Assembly (NCBI GenBank): GCA_038496445.1
Contig: JALMLS010000453.1
Coordinates: 124,001 to 188,000 of the forward strand
Length of the DNA: 64,000 nt
Reading direction: 5' to 3'
Source: Trichosphaerium sp. ATCC 40318
Lineage: Eukaryota; Protista; Tubulinea
Shown: positions 1 to 9,635 of the stretch, in pieces
Position numbering within the stretch: position 1 is the stretch's first letter
Layout of the letters: each line of letters begins with the position of its first letter
Made by a program: the position numbers and the translations under genes
Notes under the pieces: generated by a model
Database searches by the model: none
Told to the model about the DNA's origin: nothing
What the model saw: only the letters and a program-made list of their open reading frames with translations

Positions 1-324
1 TGGATAACCAAATCAAACAGCATTCGTGTGAAACCTAGCACTGGAGGGCACATGAAACTGAAGAAGTCGAAGAAACTGAAGGATAGCAAACGAGCAAAGA
101 AAAATGTCATTCGACGTCCACCAACGCCACGTGAGTTGCCACGTGCAACAACACGCGAATCAACATATGGAAAACTGCGAGAGCGAATGCCATACAAGAA
201 TCGCAGAGCCAATAAGAGCACTACGCCAGAGGCTGCGCCTACTCTCATCATAAGCACTGAAAGTGGCAAGACGGATAACCCACGCACTGGCAATTATTGC
301 AAACCCAGAAGAAGGAAAGATTGA
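1..324 (+). CDS. Possible 3' end of a basic, low-complexity protein truncated by the window edge
   Basis: Frame 1 is open from base 1 to TGA at 322-324 and is Lys/Arg-rich; no recognisable motif. Confidence 0.25.
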   Translation, partial: WITKSNSIRVKPSTGGHMKLKKSKKLKDSKRAKKNVIRRPPTPRELPRATTRESTYGKLRERMPYKNRRANKSTTPEAAPTLIISTESGKTDNPRTGNYCKPRRRKD

Positions 325-526
325 TTACGAGATACATTCCTTGAGCAAGTATCATAGAGGTATGTCCTTGGGACTGCAGTATCAACTTATAACAATAAAT
401 AACAAACAAGAGAAAGCAGTATTGGTCAATCAAAAAGTTCGTGGTATTTCAAGAAATTGGTATTTACATCTAGTTTACAATTTAAAATTTACACATGTGC
501 CAGTGTTTGGGTGGAGTGGTCAACCT

Positions 527-1192
527 CTAAGAGAAGTTTGTGGCACTCAATCCGCTTAATTCCTTGCGCAGGTAGTTGTCACGGGAGGTTTTGGCGTTAC
601 GATGTTTTCGTTGAATAGTTCTTAATATACGTCTCTTTTTAGTCTTTGTAAGCGTTTTCTTAGGACCAGCGACTTCAAATGTATGAGTGATTTTGGCTTT
701 AGGCATTTTTGAATGCCCCAATCCTTTTCTGTCTATTTTATGTACTGTACGTACAGGATACGAGCGTCCATCTTCTCTAGGGCCTAATCCTTTTTGTTTA
801 TTCCAACCATTCTTTAAAAGTAGCTTATAACCAATATTTGACGCCGAAATACCGTATACCTTCTGTGGTTCTGTTTGTTTTTGCTGATTAAACATGTGTG
901 GAGTAGAACGAATATGTTCGCGTTCAGTTGGCTCTTCTATGTGTTTTTGGCATATATCACAGTACGCTCCTGTTGATTTAACAGGTTTTGATGCTTGTTC
1001 ACCCACAAATTCGCTATACCACTCTGAGACTTCTTCGCCGCGTTTTTTGTTCTTCTCATCATCTAGTGGCACATCTTGGCGCTGTTTCTTCTTTTTAGGT
1101 TTTGTAGTCTGCCCGCTCTCATAAACGAAGCGCTGTTTGTATCTTTTGCTTAGTTCTGGTCCTAATACAATGTTTTCTTCGTAGTAATCCAT
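527..1192 (-). CDS. G-patch domain protein with a C2H2/U1-type zinc finger (GPANK1-like C-terminal architecture), intronless
   Basis: CDICQKH...HIRSTPH zinc finger; G-patch motif SNIGYKLLLKNGWNKQKGLGPREDGRSYPV...RKGLG; ATG at 1192 (MDYYEE). Confidence 0.8.
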   Translation of the reverse strand: MDYYEENIVLGPELSKRYKQRFVYESGQTTKPKKKKQRQDVPLDDEKNKKRGEEVSEWYSEFVGEQASKPVKSTGAYCDICQKHIEEPTEREHIRSTPHMFNQQKQTEPQKVYGISASNIGYKLLLKNGWNKQKGLGPREDGRSYPVRTVHKIDRKGLGHSKMPKAKITHTFEVAGPKKTLTKTKKRRILRTIQRKHRNAKTSRDNYLRKELSGLSATNFS

Positions 1193-1388
1193 TGTGCAGG
1201 TGTAGTGAAGAAAAAAAAAATGAGCCAGTGGCAAAGCCAAGGTATTATTCACATAACCCTGCTCGGGTGTTGAAACAACTCAACCGTCAAGTACAACTTG
1301 TAGAGATGATCACTACGAGCCTTGTGTAATGGCAGTGTCGAACCAAAATGATTAGTTGTTACTTGCACTTTGAAATATCACGTGACTA

Positions 1389-1619
1389 TAGTGCTGTTAA
1401 CGAATTTACTTAGGCGACTTTAAATCATAGTTGAAGCCGTATGTGAAGTGGCTCCTTGACTTGATGAGACTTTCTATCTAACGCCTGAAATAGTGGGTCA
1501 CTTCTACAAATTGCCAAGGTCATTTTCAACTAGTTGAGTAAAAAAGTTGAAGTTTTGAAGTCGACTTCAAACCGTTTAATTTTCAAAAGTCGGACCGAGT
1601 CGAGTCATTAACAGCACTA
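1389..1619. mobile_element. Putative MITE (~230 bp) with 12-bp terminal inverted repeats
   Basis: TAGTGCTGTTAA at 1389 and TTAACAGCACTA ending 1619; internal repeated GTCGA/CGACT motifs. No 8-bp TSD, but the terminal TA could be a 2-bp TSD. Confidence 0.55.
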
Positions 1620-1955
1620 CATCAGCTCGCACTGCGTGACTTCCTATGTTCTGTTGGGAATAACGACTTCTGACTTATTAAAAAACGGTTCTTAATATGT
1701 TAGCCAATGCACAGGCTAGTTCTGACGAATTGTAATAGTAGTAAACAGTTGTGTATAGAAACTCCTTTTTATTTTGTTATGTGCGTTCTTTTGGGATTGT
1801 TCTTATCACGTTATTAGGGCTCAAGAATAAGCCAGCATCCCGATAATTGCGGGCGTAAAACGGTGTTGTAATGCAGTAGGTTTAAGCAACGATAAGGGAC
1901 ATGAAATAGTGAATTGTTCAAATTATTTCTTCAACAAAAAAACGTGTTCACAGTG

Positions 1956-3576
1956 ATGCACCATTTATTGTACATTGTTGTTACATTACTTATATCGATA
2001 GTGTTATTCGCTCCTACATGCAAAGCAGTTACAAGAGGACATAGAATTTGCTTCAAACAAACAGAAAACAGCCCCAATAGTCAGTGTAGCTCTCTAAACG
2101 AAGATTTATGCTCTGGTTGGTCGGGAAATAAAGATCCGACCTGGACTCCTTATTTCAAAGACAATACTAACCTATTTGACGGCGGTTGCGAATATCAATG
2201 GATTCTACAGAGTAATAGACCTTATAACAAGAGGAGGTACCGTGTTTGCTTTGAAAGCGATGGAAATTGGTTAGAATGCCAGAATCACGTTATATACTGC
2301 TCCGGGTGGTCAGACGACGCGTTTCCCGAGTGGACAAGAACTTTCAACGATGATACCTTTTTACCATCACGTGCTAGCACTGGGTGTCAGTACAGGTGGA
2401 GAATAGAGGAGGAGGAGACGGAAGAAAACCTGGATCAACGATGTAGAGTTTGTTTTTTTGAAACTACGGGGAACTCTGGTTGTGAAGGGACGCTTAATTC
2501 ATGCTCAGGATGGACAAATGAAGAGGAAGATGACACATGGACGAAACCGTTCAGAGATAATACACATCTTTTTAACTTTGGATGTAATTATCATTGGAGG
2601 CTCCAATGCCTTCAAGAAATACAAACCCCAGCGCCTACGTCTGAACCGCCTACAAGGGTTCCTACAATGAAACCTACTGAATCACCAACCGAAATTATTC
2701 CAACGCCTCTTTTTTTCACAAGGTCACCAACAACGACACCAACGACTGATTCGCCGACTACTGTACCACCGGTGACCGACGAACCAACTACAGAACCACC
2801 GACAACGGTGGTACCATCACAGGCACCGTCAGAAACGATAATCATCGCCACACCTGTAGTAATCAATGGTAACGCGTTTTTTCGGTTTTTTTGTTGAATA
2901 TTATTTTATCACGTGCTTCTTTAGCGAAATTCCTTTGTCTGATAGTCTATTTTTAGGTAGCCTTTTGCTAGCACCTAATTCGGTGGTTGAAATTATAACT
3001 ACACAAGCTGATATAGACGTACCCATAGTAGTTATTGATTGCGCTCATTTTAATGGAAACTTAACCGTTCATCTACATAATTCAAGCGAATCAAAAACAC
3101 TCATAACTTATTCTTGTTGGGACAACTCAACATTCTCAAACGTTGATTTCGCTTCAGCCCCTGTAGGTACAGATTGTACAGAAATAACGCCAAGGCTCCA
3201 GTACACGGACAAAGCAATGATTGTACGTGTTTTTAGCGGAAGTAATCCATGTGATAAGAGAGTTGTTCTGTGGCAGATCTATGTTATGATTGGTGTTGTT
3301 GGATTGACTATACTCATTGTTGTTATTGCTTTACTTGTATGGAAGGTTAATAACGTTAGAGATGAGTCAAAAAGATCTTCTGTTAGGAAATCTATAAGAT
3401 TGTCCACATTAATGTCGCAAGGATCATCTGTACCTGGTTCTATACCTCCACCTACATCTCCTGCTAGTGTTTCTCCTGCTGGTGTTTCTCCTGCGCATAT
3501 TATGCTTGATGTTACTAGCGGGTCAATGAACTTTCCTTCAGCTGGTGGAGCCGCAGAGATTGACGAAAGTCTTTAA
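1956..3576 (+). CDS. Type I membrane protein: signal peptide, three Cys-rich IMAD-like repeats, Pro/Thr mucin stalk, membrane-proximal domain, TM helix and cytoplasmic tail (intron ~2869-2956)
   Basis: Repeat C-F-x-E...C...CSGW...WT.PF.D.T....GC.Y.W occurs three times; PT-rich stalk; TM IYVMIGVVGLTILIVVIALLVW; GT-AG intron joins VING|SLLL in frame. Confidence 0.8.
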
Positions 3577-3733
3577 AAAAAAGTAAAATAGAAAAATAAA
3601 AACCAATGGCTTGAGTAAAAAAAGCTTGCTTTGTGAAAAAACCCGGAATGCAATCAGAACAGAAAACAATTTTGAAGTGAGGTTTATTGAGAGACTACCA
3701 CTATTTATTTAGGGAGTGGTATGTTCGACAGTA

Positions 3734-5033
3734 TCAAGGACACGCTATTGACGTTACAAGAGCACCCTTTATATTGTTTTCAGGAGCGCTACGAATATGG
3801 ACAAAACAACCGCCAAATGTTGTTTTCTTGTCTTCATTTCTTGCCCATGCATCGATGCTCAATGAAGTGGATTGACCTCCATTTCTAATAGTGACCAAAT
3901 AGTTTGACGGAGTTGACTGCCATGCGTAAGTTACTTTCCATTCTTCAACGCTAGCAGTATTTACAAAGCTGTGGTCATAGCTACCAGTGTACGATGGAGC
4001 ATGAACTGTAGTGTACTAAATTAAAGTAAGATAAAACATGATAGGAAGAAAAATTAGAAAAAGACGTGAATAGACCACAATGACGTACAGTGTTGTATCC
4101 TGACTCTATTACATATTCGTTACTGCTCGTAGGCACAAGTAGGTATGGAAGACCGTTTCCATCAATTGTAGTTGACAGAGTGACTCTTCTACCAATTGGT
4201 CTTATCCTACCATTGGCAATACATTTATCAGGAGAATCAGTATCAAGATCACAGCTACCGATCATGTAGAACTCCCAAGGTCCGAATGTACCTGTCAAAG
4301 CGTGTCAGTTGAGGTGTACATTTAGAAGAAAAAAAGAGTACCATCTATCACAGACATCTTGATACGAGTGCCTCCATCTTCAACCTTGAATAGCATTGCG
4401 CAATCAGATCCATAACATACATCGAGCTATGGTGAAGAAGTGAGATAAGATTGGAGGTAATAAGGAAACAACAAAACTTACAATCATGTTGTTTGGGTTG
4501 GCCTCGAATCTGATTTTGAATTGCCAAACAAGAGAAAAGACGTTGAACTCTCCATACTTCAAAATGATGGTCTCATCTCTATCGTTGTCATCGATGACAG
4601 CAGTGGCTGAAAATCTATCACGAAGGGTAGTTTCAGCTTGGCTCACTGTCGCACGAGTGGTATCTGTCGAGTATGTGCTATTGTAAAAATCAGATTAGGG
4701 AGATAACTTTGTGAGCAAGAAAAGGTTTTGAGAATGTTGAGTGTACCTGTACAAGATCCAGTTGGTGTCTGGTACTTTGGTCACACTGTCACGATCTTCT
4801 ATCTCAATTTGAAACTGATACGTTTTTTGACTCTTGGAGTTGACTGCAGTGCCAGTAAACGTGGAGGCGGATGCGATTGTTGATGTTGCTGTTGAGGCAG
4901 CGCCAATAGCCGTAGCCAACGGCTTAGAGACAGCCGCAGCCATGGGGATAAAGCCAATGGGTAGAGCGTTGGTAGTGAGGACGAATACTGCAAGAAGGAT
5001 ACTGAGAAGTAAAACTTGGTTGTTTGTCTTCAT
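3734..5033 (-). CDS. Secreted protein of unknown family, copy A (5 exons, intact)
   Basis: Signal peptide MKTNNQVLLLSILLAVFVLTTNA; four GT-AG introns join the ORF fragments in frame through to ...TSIACP*; near-identical inverted paralogue at 5941-8054. Confidence 0.8.
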
Positions 5034-5189
5034 TGTTTGATACGTTGTTTGAGGTGTTGCTGAGGTGTTGTTGTTGTTGGTATTGTTTAATAAATGGTTT
5101 AATGTGTATCACACTTTGTTATTGAGTATGTGTACTGAGAGCTTCGGCTAAAAATGTTGCTGTATTGATAGCTCAGTTGTAAAGACCTG

Positions 5190-5765
5190 AATCAAACCAA
5201 TCTTCACTTTCTTAGATATTTACTGCATTATTCTACAGACCGTACACTTGTATGAACAACGTTGTTCTTGCGAAGCTATGCCAAAAGCATTGATCAAGCC
5301 AAAGGATTTGAAGATACTATTTGGTTGTGTACTTATAAATACATTTTTAGTTGAAACAAAAACAAGCTAAAAGGTATCCCGCAATTTGCGGCAACAAATG
5401 CACACTTTTTTTGTAGTTTTGGTCACGTGATTTGTTGCTTTTTTTTTCGACAAAATTTTCTGACGTAATCACAGCTAACTTGTTTTAATTGAAACTGAAA
5501 AATAGTTTACCACTATAATTAGCTAGTTTGCGTGTAGTCATGAATGCTGACTGAGTTTAAAAAAAGATTCACGTGAAGCGATGTGTAGTTTTTTTTTCTT
5601 TTCAACAAAACGAATAAAACTGTGTTTAGATAGGCCCGCAAACTGCGGGTAGATGGATATACTATTTTAAAACAACTAGGACCTTTTCGTAGTATTGTGA
5701 TGGATGATTCCTTACATGATCTCTTTTTTTATTTGAATTATATTACTACCTAGGCTGATTGGTCT
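5190..5765. promoter_or_regulatory. Divergent promoter with a mirrored motif set (CCAAT, CCCGCAA-N-YTGCGG, CACGTG)
   Basis: CCAAT ~5197 / ATTGG ~5758; CCCGCAATTTGCGG 5378 / CCCGCAAACTGCGGG 5635; CACGTG 5424 / 5570. They sit in mirror order relative to the two ATGs while the surrounding sequence is unalignable. Confidence 0.6.
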
Positions 5766-5940
5766 TTAAGCTAAACTAAGAAAATAAGTTGGTTAGGTAT
5801 TTCTTCAAATTTTGCGTTGGCCTTTTTTGCGAAGAGGTCACTTTGTTGAGTGCACAAATTCAGTTGAGCTTGAAATATAAACCATTTTAAATAACAACAA
5901 CAACAACTCCTCAGCAACACCTCAAACAACGTATCAAACA

Positions 5941-8054
5941 ATGAAGACAAACAACCAAGTTTTGCTTCTCAGTATCCTTCTTGCAGTATTCGTCCTCACT
6001 ACCAACGCTCTACCCATTGGCTTTATCCCCATGGCTGCGGCTATATCTAAGCCTTTGGCTACGGCTATTGGCGCTGCCTCAACAGCAACATCAACAATCG
6101 CATCCGCCTCCACGTTTACTGGCACTGCAGTCAACTCCAAGAGTCAAAAAACGTATCAGTTTCAAATTGAGATAGAAGATCGTGACAGTGTGACCAAAGT
6201 ACCAGACACCAACTGGATCTTGTACAGGTAAACTCAACATTCTCAAAACCTTTTCTTGCTCACAAAGTTATCTCGCTAATCTGATTTTTACAATAGCACA
6301 TACTCAACAGATACTACTCGTGCGACAGTGAGTCAAGCTGAAACTACCCTTCGTGATAGATTTTCAGCCACTGCTGTAATAGATGACAACGATAGAGATG
6401 AGACCATCATATTGAAGTATGGAGAGTTCAACGTCTTTTCTCTTGTTTGGCAATTCAAAATCAGATTCGAGGCCAACCCAAACAACATGATTGTAAGTTT
6501 TGTTGTTTCCTTATTACCTCCAATCTTATCTCACTTCTTCACCATAGCTCGATGTATGTTATGGATCTGATTGCGCAATGCTATTCAAGGTTGAAGATGG
6601 AGGCACTCGTATCAAGATGTCTGTGATAGATGGTACTCTTTTTTTCTTCTAAATGTACACCTCAACTGACACGCTTTGACAGGCACATTTGGACCTTGGG
6701 AGTTCTACATGATCGGTAGCTGTGATCTTGATACTGATTCTCCTGATAAATGTATTGCCAACGGTAGGATAAGACCAATTGGTAGAAGAGTCACTTTGTC
6801 AACTACAATTGATGGAAACGGTCTTCCATACCTACTTGTGCCTACGAGCAGTAACGAATATGTAATAGAGTCAGGATACAACACTGTACGTCTATTTGCT
6901 GAATGCGAAACTCAACAATTTCTTTGCTGTTTTTTACTGTGTTGTCTTACTTACTTGTATTTAGTACACTAGAGAACTTTTTGCTAAGTAGTTGATAAGT
7001 ATAGCCTGCATGTATAATACGTTTAGAACACATTGAGCAAACTTAGAGTGTACAATAATTGCACCTAACTGCGAAATTAATTCAAGAACTTTGTTGACAC
7101 ATTTTTGCGTTAAAAAAGTGTAAAACGTACTTTTCGTGAACCACTACCACTTGTTTACTCTTGCAGGTCACTATAGTACTAAATAGGTTGTAGTGGAATT
7201 AATATACATATTTGAGTGCTGTGGATACGACTAATTGGAATAAACGAGGTAAGTTCTTCGAATTGTTCTTTTCTACGCATAGAATCGCATGTCCTAAAGT
7301 TTGGTGCGTATTTGTATCTTACCAAAAACGTTTTTATTTTGTTTCGCGTAAAGATTGGGTAGACCAGCAAGGCCTGTTTTGAAACTTTGGTAGCACCCTT
7401 TCTAGATATAGGGAAATGTATTTCCGTTGCCTTAGAAACAGGCGGTTGCGGTCTGCCATATTTTACGTTGAAATCTGTAGTTGAACCCAGGAGTTTCGTG
7501 ACACAATGTAAGATACTGTGTGTATAGTAAGACACCATTGAAAAGTGACTTTGGCTTTCAGAAACTGTTTACCATTCGAATGAAAATTATCAAAAAAAGC
7601 ACGTTTTTCAGTTTTTTACGAATTTACAGCCATGTGATAGTTTTTGGTTACTAGTACATTTGTAGTACGTTTAACAGCACTGTGTCTACTTGTAGCCGTA
7701 ATATGAAGTTGCTAGCGAACATTTGTGAACCACAACGAATTTTTTTTTAGTTTTCAACTACTTAGCAAAAAGTTCTCTACAGTTCATGCTCCATCATACA
7801 CTGGTAGCTATGACCACAGCTTTGTAAATACAGCCAGCGTTGAAGAATGGAAAGTAACCTACGCATGGCAGTCGACTCCGTCAAACTATTTGGTCACTAT
7901 TAGAAATGGAGGTCAATCCACTTCATTGAGCATCGATGCATGGGCAAGAAACGAAGACAAGAAAACAACATTTGGCGGTTGTTTTGTCCATATTCGTAGC
8001 GCTCCTGAAAACAATATAAAGGGTGCTCTTGTAACGTCAATAGCGTGTCCTTGA
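5941..8054 (+). CDS. Secreted protein copy B (inverted paralogue of copy A); last exon interrupted by a TIR element, so it may be a pseudogene or splice-rescued
   Basis: Same exon structure as 3734-5033; insertion at 6972-7777 lies 7 nt into the last exon. Confidence 0.7.
6972..7777. mobile_element. Non-autonomous DNA transposon, 806 bp, with 24-bp perfect TIRs and a TA target-site duplication (Tc1/mariner-type signature)
   Basis: GAGAACTTTTTGCTAAGTAGTTGA at 6972 and its exact reverse complement ending 7777; TA at 6970-6971 and 7778-7779; the empty site TACAC-TA-CAGTT is present in paralogue A. Confidence 0.92.
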
Positions 8055-8338
8055 TATTGTCGAACATACCACCCTAAATAAATAGTGGTATGACTCTCAA
8101 TAAACCTCACTTCAAAAAACAGTTTTCGTTTTTGCAAGCAACAAAAGAACACTGTTAGACGTTGATGCAAGAGTGGATCTTTGAATTATTGATAAGAGCT
8201 AGACGCAAAACCTACAATCTCCTAAACGTAATGAGAAGAAAAAGGTTGCTGTACAAAAATCACAAAACACGTGATTTAATTTTTTTTTATTTACATTTGT
8301 ACAAATCTATCAAGGTTCCTTTTCCATTGTGCCTCAAG

Positions 8339-9167
8339 TTACGAAGTTGCACGTATATTAATGTCAACACTCGATAAGACATTTCTATTGGCATGACCTC
8401 TCATACCACGTTGTTTCGTCTTTTCAAGACGCCTTTTTTTCATTGTAACAACATTCTCAGCATCTTCGCTTCTTTCTCGTTTCTGAGCTGTCTGTTCCTT
8501 CTTTGGTGTTGATGATTGAGCTTCTCTTATCTTTAACGTATCTCTCAGACGTTTGATCATCTCCCAAAGGTCTTTATTAGCCTTGTCGACTTGTTCTATT
8601 TTTTTTTTATTGGACTCTTTTAGCGCTAAAATGGAAGCCAACTCTTCGTTTTGTTGGGCTAGTTTATCCTTTAGGTGAGCGTTCTCATTACGAGCTTCTG
8701 TGTAGACCTTCTCTACGTCGTCCTGGGAACCCACAGTAAGCATATTAGACTGAAAACTGTAGTTCTAAGTTTGGGTTTTTTGAAAAACAAGAAAACGCAA
8801 GAAGATTCGTTGTAGAACTTATCTAGCTGAAAGTATGTGCCCTACGTTATGGCCAACATACCATGGCTTAGGCTAAGGACAAAAGCGTATCAAAATAATC
8901 ATTTTCGTCGCCAATAAAGACGAAAAAATGCTCGAACGACTAAAAGCGTACGCTTCGCGTCGTATATGAGTGTAATTGACTTATGCGAGCGTAAAACTCT
9001 GATTTTAGTTTAGAAAAGCAGACAAAGCGTACCTGGTAAGATTTTAAGGTCTGGTCAGTTGTATTTGTTGTACAGCTGTCAATCGTTGTATTTGGAAGAT
9101 TATTCTAGCGTTTATTAGCAAATCGCGACCTTGTAATACTAAGTAATGTTACAATAGCGCTTACCAT
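8339..9167 (-). CDS. Coiled-coil protein with a basic NLS-like tail (multi-exon)
   Basis: Final ORF 8339-8743 is heptad-rich and contains KKRR; upstream ATG|gtaagc at 9167 and an exon NNLPNTT...KSYQ|gtacgc. Confidence 0.5.
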
Positions 9168-9635
9168 GTTGTTATTGAGAATTGCTTTTGTATTCGCGTT
9201 TATGTACAAAAATACGCGCCAAACGACTTTTATTAAATTTATTAAACCGACAAACGAGGCTTACTTAGTCAGCCGCGCCTTAAAACTCCACATTAAATCA
9301 ATTTATTGCAGCTCTTTCAGGCATTCCCAATGTGATTAAACCGAAAAGTTCTAGACTAAAGAAATCGTTGCCCTTTTTTCGCGAAGGGACGCACCGAAAA
9401 CGTTTTGAGACGGCATTTTAGTACCGTGCATGGTGACATGGAAGAACAGAAGACACTACAAGAAGCGTAGCGCTGTGTAAAGAAAAATATCGCTAGCATT
9501 GGACCATCTGCAAAAAACATGTTCGTTAGTCCATCTAGAGATCAAAGAACAATTAAGTGTATGTTTATTAGTCAATAGTAAACAGCAAAGTGAAGTCCTT
9601 ACAGATCACTTACTTCTTGTTGCTTGTTTGTTTCA

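Noticed and set aside
2612-2866. Antisense and alternative-frame ORFs in the track (e.g. 2612-2866, 4834-5040, 16214-16609, 32448-32876)
   Set aside because: They are shadows of real genes on the opposite strand or of repetitive coding sequence.
7179-7538. 119-aa ORF inside the TIR element as a transposase
   Set aside because: No DDE/D or HTH motif is recognisable and it is too short, so the element is treated as non-autonomous.
6970-7779. Ciliate-type TA-bounded IES removed by programmed DNA elimination
   Set aside because: Long perfect TIRs fit an ordinary transposon, no other gene in the window needs DNA excision to be read, and nothing else points to a ciliate.
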